A stretch of 64,000 nt of DNA. Source: an uncultured delta proteobacterium. Its GTDB lineage: Bacteria; Desulfobacterota; Syntrophia; Syntrophales; UBA2185. A program made the position numbers and the translations under genes. Location: contig CAVSPA010000005.1 of NCBI GenBank assembly GCA_963729715.1, forward strand, positions 1 through 64,000. Direction: 5' to 3'. The number at the start of each line of letters is the position of its first letter. Positions within the stretch are counted from its first letter, which is position 1. This document shows positions 29,749 to 39,722 of the stretch, piece after piece. The notes under the pieces were generated by a model, which had not been told where the DNA came from, did no database searches, and worked only from the letters and a program-made list of their open reading frames with translations.

Positions 29749-29775
29749 AAAAAACAGGGCCATTACTGACCCTGC
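29749..29775 (-). terminator. Rho-independent terminator downstream of fbp
   Basis: CAGGGTCA-GTAA-TGGCCCTG followed by a T-run on the minus strand. Confidence 0.6.
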
Positions 29776-29877
29776 ATCCTGTAATTGTTTCAAAGGGCAA
29801 ATAAGATCATTCGCAGGATAATTTTTATATCTACATTGCCAATCTTTCAAAGTTACGATCGTATCCCGATATATCCT

Positions 29878-30828
29878 TCAAGCCTGTAACTCTCTCGCCT
29901 TTTCCACCTCAAAACGGCTCCCGATATAAATCGGACAACGCTGATGAAGTCCCTCTACCTTGATGGACATGATATCCTGTTTACCGTCCGTAGCCATACC
30001 ACCGGCCTGTTCAATGATGAATGCCATGGGTTGAAGCTCAAACAGAAGCCGCAATTTCCCGTGGGGATTCTTATTTTTTAGTGCAGGGTATGCAAAGATG
30101 CCTCCTCTTTTTATCAGCACCTGATTGATATCTGGCACAAATCCTCCGCTGTAACGGAGCTTGTAACCTTCCTCCTCCAGAAATTCTATGTACTTGAGGT
30201 GTTTCGTGGTCCAGTCTTTTCTCAATCCTCCCAGGCTGTATATGTCCCCCTTTTCCTTTAAGGTTATGTTTTCCTCAGAAAGAACGTATTCCTCTTCTCT
30301 GTTCAACACAAATTCATGGGTTCCCTTCCCTGCAGAATAGACCATCGTAGTCAACGGTCCATACATAATGTACATGGCTGCTGCCAATGTTTTTCTCCCC
30401 TCGGCTAACATCGACTCTCTATGAATGCCTATTATCGTTCCTACGGACAGATTGGCATCCACTAAAGAAGAACCGGCCAAAGGGTCTGCAGTGACGAAAT
30501 ATTTTTCTTCTCCCTTGCCGATCTTAATCACTGAATCCTGTTCTTCTGAAGCATATTCTCTGACAAACCCTGAATTCTGGAGTTGATTCTTGAGAATCTC
30601 ATCGGCACTCCTATCCAAAGTCAATTGCTCTTCACCGTGACGGAAAATGCGGGTGTCCCCAAAACCAGCCATTTTCCGAGTCGATTCTTGAATTTTAGCA
30701 GAGATATATTTCCCCATAATGGCTATCTGCCATATTAATCTGCGCAATTCCATTTCCACACCTGATTTCCACATATGTCTGCGCAGGTCAATGATAAATT
30801 TTGTATAGTCGGAAATACCCTCTCCCAT
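29878..30828 (-). CDS. fbp: Class 1 fructose-1,6-bisphosphatase (possibly inactive)
   Basis: GEEQLTLD, ASEE, DPL(A)GSS, LRYSGGFVPD, GKLRLLFE. Confidence 0.88.
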   Translation of the reverse strand: MGEGISDYTKFIIDLRRHMWKSGVEMELRRLIWQIAIMGKYISAKIQESTRKMAGFGDTRIFRHGEEQLTLDRSADEILKNQLQNSGFVREYASEEQDSVIKIGKGEEKYFVTADPLAGSSLVDANLSVGTIIGIHRESMLAEGRKTLAAAMYIMYGPLTTMVYSAGKGTHEFVLNREEEYVLSEENITLKEKGDIYSLGGLRKDWTTKHLKYIEFLEEEGYKLRYSGGFVPDINQVLIKRGGIFAYPALKNKNPHGKLRLLFELQPMAFIIEQAGGMATDGKQDIMSIKVEGLHQRCPIYIGSRFEVEKARELQA

Positions 30829-30981
30829 GGGCGTTCATCCTTCTAAAATATTTGTCTTCTTATAACAATTAATAATCATTTTAACCAGCGCATTTTAATT
30901 CTTCCGAGAAGATACCCATCAATTATTAACGCATGAAATCCTGCTTATCAATCGATCGGAATGCGACCTTTTTCAATGGTC

Positions 30982-32094
30982 TCATAGGTCTCCTAATATT
31001 GACCTCCGGCCGTTGTATCTTTCTCTGTCGTAATAATTTTCTACATCGACAAGTTTCAGATTATCAACGATTTCCTTGAGAGAAATGCTTGCAATTTCAC
31101 CTCGTGTAAGGCTTACCATACGACCGTAATCGTCATTGACAATCATGTCAACTGCTGCTATTCCAAACCACCTTGCCATCAACCGATCACGAGCCGATGG
31201 CGTCCCTCCCCTCTGCAAGTGGCTCAAAATGAGAGATCGTGTTTCGAAGCCCGTCCTTTTTTCAATTTCAAGCGCGGCAGAGTTTGCTATGCCCCCCAGT
31301 GTGCAATGATCGAAGTCATCAACTTTAGTGTCTCTGAGTAATTCCTGCTGCCCTTCAGGCTTTGCCCCTTCAGAGACTACAATAATTGAATAGTTTATTT
31401 CCCGTCCTTCCCGTTCACGAAGGAGTTCGCACACCACGTCAATATCAAAGGGGTGTTCAGGTATCAAAATAATATAAGCGCCGCTGCACTCACCTCCGTG
31501 AAGGGCAAGCCAGCCCGCATGCCGTCCCATCGTTTCAACAACAAAGATGCGTCTGTGAGAACCAGCGGTGCTTCTCAACCGATCAATTTCCTCCATAATC
31601 ACATTGACAGCCGTATCATAACCGAGTGAATATTCAGTTCCCGTGAGGTCATTGTCGATGGTCTTCGGAATGCCTACCGTCTTTATACCTAACTTATGCA
31701 ATTTATACGCAACACCGAGGGTATCTTCTCCACCGAGTACAACAAGAACATCAATCCCAAGCTTTTTTATGTTATCTATTAATTTTTCAGAACGGTCATT
31801 CTTCGGATTAAACGGGTTTGTCCGTGACGTCCCCAAGTTGGTTCCGCCATAGCGGTCCCATGTGCGAACAATCTCTTCATCCAGATATTTGAGGTGTCTG
31901 TCACAGCTTTTCGGATCGCTGGGATCAACCTCAACCAATCCCTTCCATCCCTCGACTACACCTACAACATCGAAAGAAACCGAACGTTTGTCAACGAGCC
32001 TGGGATCAAGAGCGCTTTTTGTTACCCATTTTACCGCACCATTCAAGCCAGGGCAATCTCCTCCACCGGTCAAATTTGCTATTTTCGTTGTCAT
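30982..32094 (-). CDS. 6-phosphofructokinase, PfkA family, with a PPi-type signature
   Basis: TGGGDCPGLN, GGTNLGTSR, GGEDT, PKTIDND, ETMGRHAGW, HLQRGG. Confidence 0.9.
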   Translation of the reverse strand: MTTKIANLTGGGDCPGLNGAVKWVTKSALDPRLVDKRSVSFDVVGVVEGWKGLVEVDPSDPKSCDRHLKYLDEEIVRTWDRYGGTNLGTSRTNPFNPKNDRSEKLIDNIKKLGIDVLVVLGGEDTLGVAYKLHKLGIKTVGIPKTIDNDLTGTEYSLGYDTAVNVIMEEIDRLRSTAGSHRRIFVVETMGRHAGWLALHGGECSGAYIILIPEHPFDIDVVCELLREREGREINYSIIVVSEGAKPEGQQELLRDTKVDDFDHCTLGGIANSAALEIEKRTGFETRSLILSHLQRGGTPSARDRLMARWFGIAAVDMIVNDDYGRMVSLTRGEIASISLKEIVDNLKLVDVENYYDRERYNGRRSILGDL

Positions 32095-32355
32095 GCTCGT
32101 TTCTCACTTCTTAAGTGTTGAAAATTCAGAATGCGGTTATTTTGAATTGTTATACGTGAATACTGTTTCGTATCTTCTTGTTTTTGCTGTCCTGCTTTTT
32201 CTTTTACCTGTTTGCCAAAGTCGTACATGGACTTTCCCATTTTTAAGCTCCTATTTTTATCTTTCTTTCAAACATTACAGAATATGCTGAAAATGCAGAG
32301 ACGTTCCAAAACAGAATATCGTAATGGAACGCCCCTTTCCTTACCCAAGGTTTAA

Positions 32356-32556
32356 TCAACTGAGTTTCACGTTTTCTGCTGCAGGGCCTTTTTTACCCTG
32401 GACAACATCAAAGCTTACAGATTGACCTTCAGTTAAAGTCTTGAAACCAGCTGCTTGAATGGCACTATAATGGACGAAAACATCTCCACCATCATTCTTC
32501 TCGATAAATCCAAAACCTTTACTCTCGTTAAACCATTTTACTTTACCTTCTGACAT
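32356..32556 (-). CDS. Cold-shock protein (CspA family)
   Basis: [33 protein letters not shown]. Confidence 0.97.
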   Translation of the reverse strand: MSEGKVKWFNESKGFGFIEKNDGGDVFVHYSAIQAAGFKTLTEGQSVSFDVVQGKKGPAAENVKLS

Positions 32557-33046
32557 AATTAGTCTCCTCCTTTCTTAGAATTTACCAAAAGTCGAATTAC
32601 CAATATTACAGAAACGAAAAAGCCACCAAACTCTAAAGAGCATGGTGGCCACCTTTGCACTTCAAATTGTTATAACTCAACTTTAACTGTACCATACTGA
32701 CTTAAGACCATAGCGAGGTACAGGATATGTTTACATGGTACTTTACTGTTTGCTCAAAGGCAAGGCATATCTCATTATATTTTAGTAATTTATTCACACT
32801 CCGATAAAGCGGTCAGCTGGTCGGAAATGATACGTAACCAATATAGTGCCTTCGCTTGCAAAAAATTTTGCAGACATATGCACAAGATGATGATTGCCGC
32901 TTTTTATCAGCACTATTCCCTTTTTTTGTCTGATTGTAGATTTCAGTCAATAATGATTAGCGTTTGAAAGGAAGTGTGCCAGTCTAAATTACCAAACGCT
33001 TGACAAGGAAGGACTCAATGCATTCCAAGATAGAAGAACGGCAATC

Positions 33047-34396
33047 GGTAGTGTAAAATCTTTTGTGTAAATTCATGATGGTAGAAAAAAAGGCGCTTTT
33101 CCTTTACAAGGGTTTATCCCAAAACCTGAGAGAAAGGAGAAAGCGCCATGAAACTGGAGATTACAGTAGCCGAAGTTAAGGAGATTTTCAAGGAGATTCA
33201 GGAGCAGCCGGAGCAACTTTTTGAGATGGTGCGATTGGACATTAAAGAGACCGTTGGGCAATATCTGACAGCGCTGATGAATGCGGAACTCACCCACTTT
33301 CTGGGGAGAGAACCCTATGAACGTGGTAAGGATGAAATAAATCATCGCAATGGCACCTATGATCGTAACTTCACATTAAAAGACATTGGGGAGGTAAAGG
33401 TCAAAATTCCCCGAGACCGGGAGGGTGATTTTAAGACCAATGTTATTCCCCGGAGCAAGCAGTACGAAGAAGAGATAAGCCGGGATTTAAGCCTGATGTT
33501 TTTAACGGGAATCAGTACCCGGAGTCTTTCCATGATCTCCCGTAGATTGATCGGGCGGCGTATTTCCCATACAGAGATCAGCCACGCAAATACTGATCTG
33601 ACAGAGGCCGTTGAGAAGTGGAGGATGAGAGATCTATCCCAGGAACCCATCAAATATCTCTTTGTGGATGGTGTGACTTTCCGTATGCGTGTGGGAAGAA
33701 GTGTTGAGTTAATACCTGTTCTGGTGTCTATCGGTGTTACAGAAAGAGGCCACAAGCTGGTTGTAGGTTTGCAAGCCGGGGACAAAGAGTCTGCTTCCTC
33801 CTGGAGGGAGTTTTTCAAGGATTTAAAAGTTCGTGGATTGGATGGCCAGAAAGTTACCCTGGGAATCATGGATGGTTTATCGGGATTGGAATCTGTTTTT
33901 GAAGAAGAGTTTCCCAAAGCCAAGATCCAACGCTGCCAGGTCCATGTTGCCCGGAATGTTCTGGCCAAGGTACCTAAGAAACTGAAACAAGCTGTGGCGA
34001 ATGATGTAAGAACCATCTTCTATGCCTCTTCAAAGGAGACGGCGCTGGAATCTTTTGAAATCTTCAAAAGGAAATGGGAGAAGGATATCCCTTCTGCCGT
34101 AAGTTGTTTAGAGAGATCCATTGACGCCTGTTTGTCTTTTTTCAACTTCCCCAAGGAAGAGTGGATTTCATTGAGAACCACAAATATCATTGAACGGTTG
34201 AACAAGGAATTTAAACGGAGAACAAAGTCCATGGAGATATTGGCCGGAGAGTCTGCCTGCTATCGTCTCCTGGCCTTTGTCTCTTTAAAAATGGAACTGC
34301 ATTGGAGATCAAACCCCGTAGGAAAAGTGCAAAAAAACCTGCCATTCTTTCAAGAAGTGGCCTATGAAAAATTTACACAATAAAATTGACAGTACC
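33047..34396 (+). mobile_element. IS256-family insertion sequence, 1350 bp
   Basis: IRs GGTAGTGTAAAATCTTTTGTGTAAATT and AATTTACACAATAAAATTGACAGTACC. 8-bp TSD CGGCAATC at 33039-33046 and 34397-34404. Confidence 0.95.
33148..34383 (+). CDS. IS256 (mutator-type) transposase
   Basis: HRNG, IPRDR, YLFVDG, DLKVRGL, QRCQVHVARN, RTTNIIERLNKEFKRR. Confidence 0.95.
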   Translation: MKLEITVAEVKEIFKEIQEQPEQLFEMVRLDIKETVGQYLTALMNAELTHFLGREPYERGKDEINHRNGTYDRNFTLKDIGEVKVKIPRDREGDFKTNVIPRSKQYEEEISRDLSLMFLTGISTRSLSMISRRLIGRRISHTEISHANTDLTEAVEKWRMRDLSQEPIKYLFVDGVTFRMRVGRSVELIPVLVSIGVTERGHKLVVGLQAGDKESASSWREFFKDLKVRGLDGQKVTLGIMDGLSGLESVFEEEFPKAKIQRCQVHVARNVLAKVPKKLKQAVANDVRTIFYASSKETALESFEIFKRKWEKDIPSAVSCLERSIDACLSFFNFPKEEWISLRTTNIIERLNKEFKRRTKSMEILAGESACYRLLAFVSLKMELHWRSNPVGKVQKNLPFFQEVAYEKFTQ

Positions 34397-34482
34397 CGGC
34401 AATCAGCATTTGCATGCTTTAAATGGTTATCATTGGCTTGGCACAGGCCAAAATTCGCTTATTGATTTTCAATGGTCAAAGC

Positions 34483-35400
34483 TTATTTGTTAAACTGGCT
34501 ATAAATATTCCCCTTGATCCCCCCTTCAAATGGTTGTTGGGTAAGCACCTCATGAACAGCTGCTTTCACTTCATTCAATATCTTCTTAGATTTTGGCAGT
34601 AACGCAGCCCACTCCTTGCTATCTTTGCTTAGTGTATATATCCTGACTGGTCCTTGTTTTGTGTGGTACCATCGATAGCCATCTATAAATCCGACATGAA
34701 AATCCCGTCCTTCATCCCGATAATATAATTGTACTCCGTGGCGATCATTATAATAAAATTCTCCTGAGGATCGTTTGAACTTAAATGAGGGGATCTCGAT
34801 CCATTCGATATCATAATTTGCAAAAGGCTTGGTTGAGAGAGAACGAAAAACAATGTTGATCTTATTCTCTCCGGCCCAATGCTTGAATCCTTCTGTGTCC
34901 AAATCATATCCTAGATTTATCATTCCACTGTATGCGCAAACACCTACAACAAAATCAAACCTGGTTGTTGCCAACGCACACTGTCCCAGGAATCGTTGGA
35001 TTTCTCCGTTTGGCCTTCGGCCTTTCGTGAACGATACGAGTTTAATTTCGACAGCGAGTTTACAATTACTGGTGTCCTGAGCAACCAGATCGAAATTGTT
35101 CTGAGTTCCGAATGCATTGACGGTAGCCCAGCCCTTGCTCTCCTTCCAGCATTTGTCGCAACCCTCTTGAATGCGCCCTTTGCCTTCACGAGCGCTTCCA
35201 CAATCGGGAGCACATCGGATTCTTTTCCCCCATGGATGGCTAAAGAGAAATACGTCTGTTTCTGTTCTGCTAATCTCAGATGCGATAGGCAGCACAAATT
35301 TTTGTTCAAAATAAGTTTCATTTAACATGCGTTCTGGTTTCCTTATGCGCTCGTTTTCCAATCTGGCAATTAATTTGTCTTTGAATGATGTAATAGGCAT
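34483..35400 (-). CDS. Hypothetical protein with a PD-(D/E)XK-like motif
   Basis: FDLVAQD...LAVEIK...EIQRFLGQ, plus four Cys; RBS GGAGGT before ATG at 35400. Confidence 0.55.
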   Translation of the reverse strand: MPITSFKDKLIARLENERIRKPERMLNETYFEQKFVLPIASEISRTETDVFLFSHPWGKRIRCAPDCGSAREGKGRIQEGCDKCWKESKGWATVNAFGTQNNFDLVAQDTSNCKLAVEIKLVSFTKGRRPNGEIQRFLGQCALATTRFDFVVGVCAYSGMINLGYDLDTEGFKHWAGENKINIVFRSLSTKPFANYDIEWIEIPSFKFKRSSGEFYYNDRHGVQLYYRDEGRDFHVGFIDGYRWYHTKQGPVRIYTLSKDSKEWAALLPKSKKILNEVKAAVHEVLTQQPFEGGIKGNIYSQFNK

Positions 35401-35566
35401 CGCACTACCTCCGTCTAACAATCAGTCTGATCATGTGGTATGTCTGATGGAAATTTGTATTTGAAGCTGCCGATCCCTCTCTATATGCGGGCGCCATTGA
35501 TGTACCAACGTATGCCATATTTATATAAGCTGTCAAGCATACTTCATCTCGTGACGCTTCATCAAA

Positions 35567-36244
35567 CTAACCTCTACGAGCTATTCTTGAAATGATTTTT
35601 TGTTGTAGTTGAATAATTTTCTCAATCTGTCCCAGACGCCTTTGAATCGCATTTTGAGTAAGTCCTTTGCATCGCGTCTTTTCTAATTTGTGTGTTTCTA
35701 AATCCAGCTTCCTCTTGCGCAATTCATATTTCTTCTGAAACATCTCACTCTTCTTAGTCAACCGCTCCAGGAATAACTCCAGCCATTTTTGAGAATTCGC
35801 CAGCTTCTTGTCAGTCAGTACTTTGAGAAGCTCGCGCCTATTCTGTTTCTCCAAAAGCATCTCGGCCTTTATATCTAGTTGTCTCTGGCGCAGCTCCCAA
35901 TTCTTCTGTTTCTCGAGGAGGAATTCTTTCAGAAAATAGATTGCGATCTGTCTATAGAAATCATTTTTCACAGTTACTACCGATTCATCGTCGTTGACGT
36001 CGAACTCAGCCGGCACTATGTACCTCTCCAATATATTGTCGCCCTCCTCATCGAACTGGCTGATCTCCTTCTTCTTGCGGAAGTATTCCGTTATACGTTT
36101 GTTCTTAGCCTTCTTTATGGAACGATGCAGTTGATGCATATCGTCTCGATCAGTCTCCAGAAGATGAAGCCATGCATCTTGAAAAGCATCACCGTTCGAA
36201 GGAATATGCTCCTCTATTATTCTCGATATCTCTGCCACGTTCAT
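35567..36244 (-). CDS. Hypothetical protein with a sigma2-like N-terminus and a coiled-coil C-terminus
   Basis: DAFQDAWLHLLE; Lys/Glu/Leu-rich C-terminal half; RBS GGAGG. Confidence 0.55.
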   Translation of the reverse strand: MNVAEISRIIEEHIPSNGDAFQDAWLHLLETDRDDMHQLHRSIKKAKNKRITEYFRKKKEISQFDEEGDNILERYIVPAEFDVNDDESVVTVKNDFYRQIAIYFLKEFLLEKQKNWELRQRQLDIKAEMLLEKQNRRELLKVLTDKKLANSQKWLELFLERLTKKSEMFQKKYELRKRKLDLETHKLEKTRCKGLTQNAIQRRLGQIEKIIQLQQKIISRIARRG

Positions 36245-36376
36245 ATTGCCTCCATCATCAAGTGTATGATATGAATAGTTAGATTCTCTTATAGTCGAAC
36301 AACTTGAACGATAGCAAAATCAATTTACCATTTCCGCGGGCAATACGTTAGACAGCCTCCCTGCTCCAGTCTAACT

Positions 36377-36592
36377 ATTCCCTGTTCCTTGAATTTGATT
36401 CCCTGATATGCTAGAATAATTTCCTGATACGTTGAGTAGGGAATTTTATCTGTAACCGAGGGGAATGAGCCTTCATATTGCCAGAGGTTTTTTCTTTTGA
36501 GTACCAGAAGGGGCAAGATTCCCTGTAAATTCCCTGTTTATCAGGGAATTCGGAGCGCGAGGAGCGCTATGAAGAGACTGCCTCCGCCACCA
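36377..36592. repeat. ATTCCCTG repeat cluster ending in a tRNA-3'-like sequence; probable right attachment site of the tRNA-Ala island
   Basis: Forward copies at 36377, 36398, 36419, 36518, 36529; reverse copies at 36437, 36459, 36542; then GACTGCCTCCGCCACCA and a terminator-like hairpin. Confidence 0.65.
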
Positions 36593-36605
36593 TATAATTA
36601 ATGGA

Positions 36606-36635
36606 GGGTTAGATTGAAGCGGTTAACCCTTTTTT
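36606..36635 (+). terminator. Terminator-like hairpin after the putative attR
   Basis: AGGGTTAG...TTAACCCT followed by a T-run. Confidence 0.55.
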
Positions 36636-36688
36636 AATGCTACTCTTTGCAGTGCCTTTTATTTTACCGGACATCAGGGACGCTACCC

Positions 36689-37402
36689 ATGAAGGAACTT
36701 GATGCGGAGACTCTCGCGCAATTCGACGGACAGGAGGGAAGACCTGTCCATATTGCATACCAGGGAAAGGTCTTCGATGTAAGCGGCAGCAAACTGTGGC
36801 AAGGCGGCCTGCACATGAAGCGCCACCATGCGTCCCGAGATCTAAGCGCAGAGATTGAGGCAGCTCCTCACGGTGAGGAGGTCTTTGAAAGATACCCGCA
36901 GGTGGGCATTCTAAGGGAGAAGACGGAGCCCATGAGGGCTATGCCGGCGATACTCTCGTCCCTTATCAGCCGGTTTCCTTTTCTCGAAAGACACCCTCAT
37001 CCCATGACGGTACATTTCCCTATCGTCTTCTTTTTATCCGTTGTCCTCTTCAACATTCTATATCTCTCTTACAGCGTAGATTCATTCAAGAGCACCTCTT
37101 TGCACTGTCTCATTGCAGGGCTGTTATCTCTGCCCCTGGCCATGCTGACGGGATTGTTTACCTGGTGGCTGAATTACCTCGCGCGGCCGGTACGGGCAGT
37201 GACGCTGAAGATTATACTATCCGCCGGTCTTTTCATTGCGGGAGCAGGCGCCCTTCTCTTACGGATATTCGTGCCCGGCGTACTTGAGACCCAGGGGATT
37301 GCACGGATTATTTACTTGATGCTCATCCTGTCCTTCGTACCGCTTGTATCCTGTATAGGATGGCTCGGCGCGACTTTAACCTTCCCTATCGCGAGGAAAT
37401 AA
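36689..37402 (+). CDS. Cytochrome b5-like heme/steroid-binding domain fused to a DUF2231-like membrane domain
   Basis: LAQFDGQEG...KVFDVS...LWQGGLH...APHGEEVF; HPHPMTVHFP followed by 4 TM segments. Confidence 0.85.
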   Translation: MKELDAETLAQFDGQEGRPVHIAYQGKVFDVSGSKLWQGGLHMKRHHASRDLSAEIEAAPHGEEVFERYPQVGILREKTEPMRAMPAILSSLISRFPFLERHPHPMTVHFPIVFFLSVVLFNILYLSYSVDSFKSTSLHCLIAGLLSLPLAMLTGLFTWWLNYLARPVRAVTLKIILSAGLFIAGAGALLLRIFVPGVLETQGIARIIYLMLILSFVPLVSCIGWLGATLTFPIARK

Positions 37403-37593
37403 CGCCGGGACCTTTTTCCTTCGCGGACACGCTGAATTGCTCTGCTTCTTTATTTCTTGCCTATAACAGGCAGAAATTCTTACAGAATATTTTTATTTGA
37501 CTTGTAACGCAATTTCCTTTAAAAAACAGCAGACTCAAATCCACTATAGCGCCGTATATCTTGTGCTATCCCATCTCACAAAAGGAGGATAAA

Positions 37594-38784
37594 ATGAAAC
37601 GCTTGTCTTTCTTCATCACGCTAATCTTTATCGTCAGTCTTTTTTCAGTAAGTGCGTATGCCCAGGGGGTACTTAAGCTGGGTATCCCTCTGCCCCTCAC
37701 GGGCACTAACGCGAAATTCGGAGAAATAGAAAAGAAGTCCTATGAGATCGCCATGCAGGAAATAAACGCCACGGGAGGCATAAAAGGGAAAAAGATAGTC
37801 CTGGAATTTGAGGACTCTGAGGGCAAACCGGAAGTGGCGCGGTCCATAGTTGAGAGACTCGTCGATGTGAAAAAACAGCCGGTAGTTTTCGGTGAGTACA
37901 GCTCTTCCTGCTCTAAAGCGATTGCAGCGGTGGCCGAGGAAAGAAAAGTCCCTTATCTTGTCGTCACCGGCGCAACGGATGATATTACCCAGCAGAAATA
38001 CAAATACGTCTTCCGCCTGAACCCCACAAACGCATACTATGCAACAGGACTTATGTCGTTCCTTAATACAGTCGTGAAGCCAAAGACGATCGCAATTCTT
38101 TATGAGAGCTCGGACTTCGGGACCTCCGGCGCCGAGGACATGGTGCATCAGGCGAAAAAAGCCGGCATAAAAGTCCTCTTAAAAGAGCAGTATGAAAAAG
38201 GCGCGGTGGATTTCAGACCGATTTTATCGAAAGTAAAATCTGAAAAACCTGATGTCATCTATATGGTGTCGTATGTTATGGATGCGGCGCTGCTAATGAG
38301 ACAGATAAAAGAATTGCGGATCGACGCAAAACTCTATGCGGGCGGCGCGGCCGGATTCGCCATCCCGGAATTTATACAGAATGCGAAAGAGGCTTCAGAG
38401 CTTGTCATGACAGCCACCCTCTGGAGTCCCCAAATAGCGTATCCCGGGGCAAGGGAATTTGCAGAAAAATACAAGAAACTCTACAGGGATTACCCCTCCT
38501 ATCATGGTGCAGAGGCGTATTCAGCCCTTTATGTTATAAAGGATGCCCTTACCCGGGCAAGATCCTGGAAGCCGGATGACATCCGCGTGGCCTTGAGATC
38601 GACAAACATGATGACTGCCTTCGGCCCGGTAAAATTTCAAGATAAGGAAGGCTATACGAACCAGAACTTCATGGACACCCTTGTGATGCAAGTCATCAAA
38701 GGAAAACACGAAACCATCTGGCCACAGAAATATGCAAGCGCGAAATACGTATACCCTATCCCGAAATGGAGAGAACGAAGGTAG
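37594..38784 (+). CDS. livK: Branched-chain amino acid ABC transporter substrate-binding protein
   Basis: Signal peptide, PLTG, INATGGIKG, first gene of a HAAT operon; actual substrate unknown. Confidence 0.85.
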   Translation: MKRLSFFITLIFIVSLFSVSAYAQGVLKLGIPLPLTGTNAKFGEIEKKSYEIAMQEINATGGIKGKKIVLEFEDSEGKPEVARSIVERLVDVKKQPVVFGEYSSSCSKAIAAVAEERKVPYLVVTGATDDITQQKYKYVFRLNPTNAYYATGLMSFLNTVVKPKTIAILYESSDFGTSGAEDMVHQAKKAGIKVLLKEQYEKGAVDFRPILSKVKSEKPDVIYMVSYVMDAALLMRQIKELRIDAKLYAGGAAGFAIPEFIQNAKEASELVMTATLWSPQIAYPGAREFAEKYKKLYRDYPSYHGAEAYSALYVIKDALTRARSWKPDDIRVALRSTNMMTAFGPVKFQDKEGYTNQNFMDTLVMQVIKGKHETIWPQKYASAKYVYPIPKWRERR

Positions 38785-38798
38785 CGGACGGGGGATGA

Positions 38799-39722
38799 AT
38801 GGAGCAGCTTGAACTCTTTTTACAGACCCTGATATCGGGGTTCATGTTAGGGGGCCTTTATGCGCTGATTGGCCTTGGTATGGCGCTTATTATGGGCGTC
38901 ATGAGGGTTATCAACCTTGCCCACGGCGATTTCATGATGATAGCCATGTATATCGCCTACTGGCTTTTTACGCTGTTTGACATAGACCCCTATGTCTCTG
39001 TGTTTATTGCTGCCCCAGCACTCTTTTTGTTCGGCCTTGCAATTCAAAAGTACCTGTTAACCCCTGTCATGAAGGTGGAATCCATACTGCCCCATAACCT
39101 GGTGATACTCACCGTGGGTCTGGCTATGGTATTTTCCAACCTTGCAACGGTATTCTTCACAGGAGACTATCGGTCCACACCGGTAAGCTATGCTTCAAAT
39201 GCCTGGTATCTGACGGATTACTGGCCGGACTCTCCGATAGAACTGTCCCTTTCCATGCCCTGGACATTGTCGTTTGTCGTTGCGGTTATTATCACAATAG
39301 CCTTATGGATATTCCTCACCAAGACAGATACGGGGAAGTCTATCAGAGCCACAGCACAGGATGTCGATGCGGCGCTCCTGTTGGGCGTCAATGTAAACCG
39401 GGTGAGGATGGTAACCTTCGGCATCGGATTGGTCCTTGTTGCGGCTGCCGGCTGTCTTTTCATCCCCATATATTATCTCTACCCGGCGCTGGGGAGGCAG
39501 TTCACGAATGTCGGGTTCGTTATTACAGTCATCGGCGGCATGGGTTCAACAAACGGCGCCGTAATCGGGGGATTGATCCTCGGCATTTTTGAGTCCATGA
39601 CGGCCACCTATATCGGGATGGGATGGGCGCCTGCGGGAAGATTCGCAATCTTCGTGGCAGCCCTCGTATTTCTGCCCGGAGGGATAGCATCGATCATCCG
39701 GAAGAGGAGGTTAGGAAAATGA
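38799..39722 (+). CDS. livH: Branched-chain amino acid ABC permease
   Basis: GGLYALIGLG, INLAHGDF, GKSIRATAQD, IGGMGS. Confidence 0.9.
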   Translation: MEQLELFLQTLISGFMLGGLYALIGLGMALIMGVMRVINLAHGDFMMIAMYIAYWLFTLFDIDPYVSVFIAAPALFLFGLAIQKYLLTPVMKVESILPHNLVILTVGLAMVFSNLATVFFTGDYRSTPVSYASNAWYLTDYWPDSPIELSLSMPWTLSFVVAVIITIALWIFLTKTDTGKSIRATAQDVDAALLLGVNVNRVRMVTFGIGLVLVAAAGCLFIPIYYLYPALGRQFTNVGFVITVIGGMGSTNGAVIGGLILGIFESMTATYIGMGWAPAGRFAIFVAALVFLPGGIASIIRKRRLGK

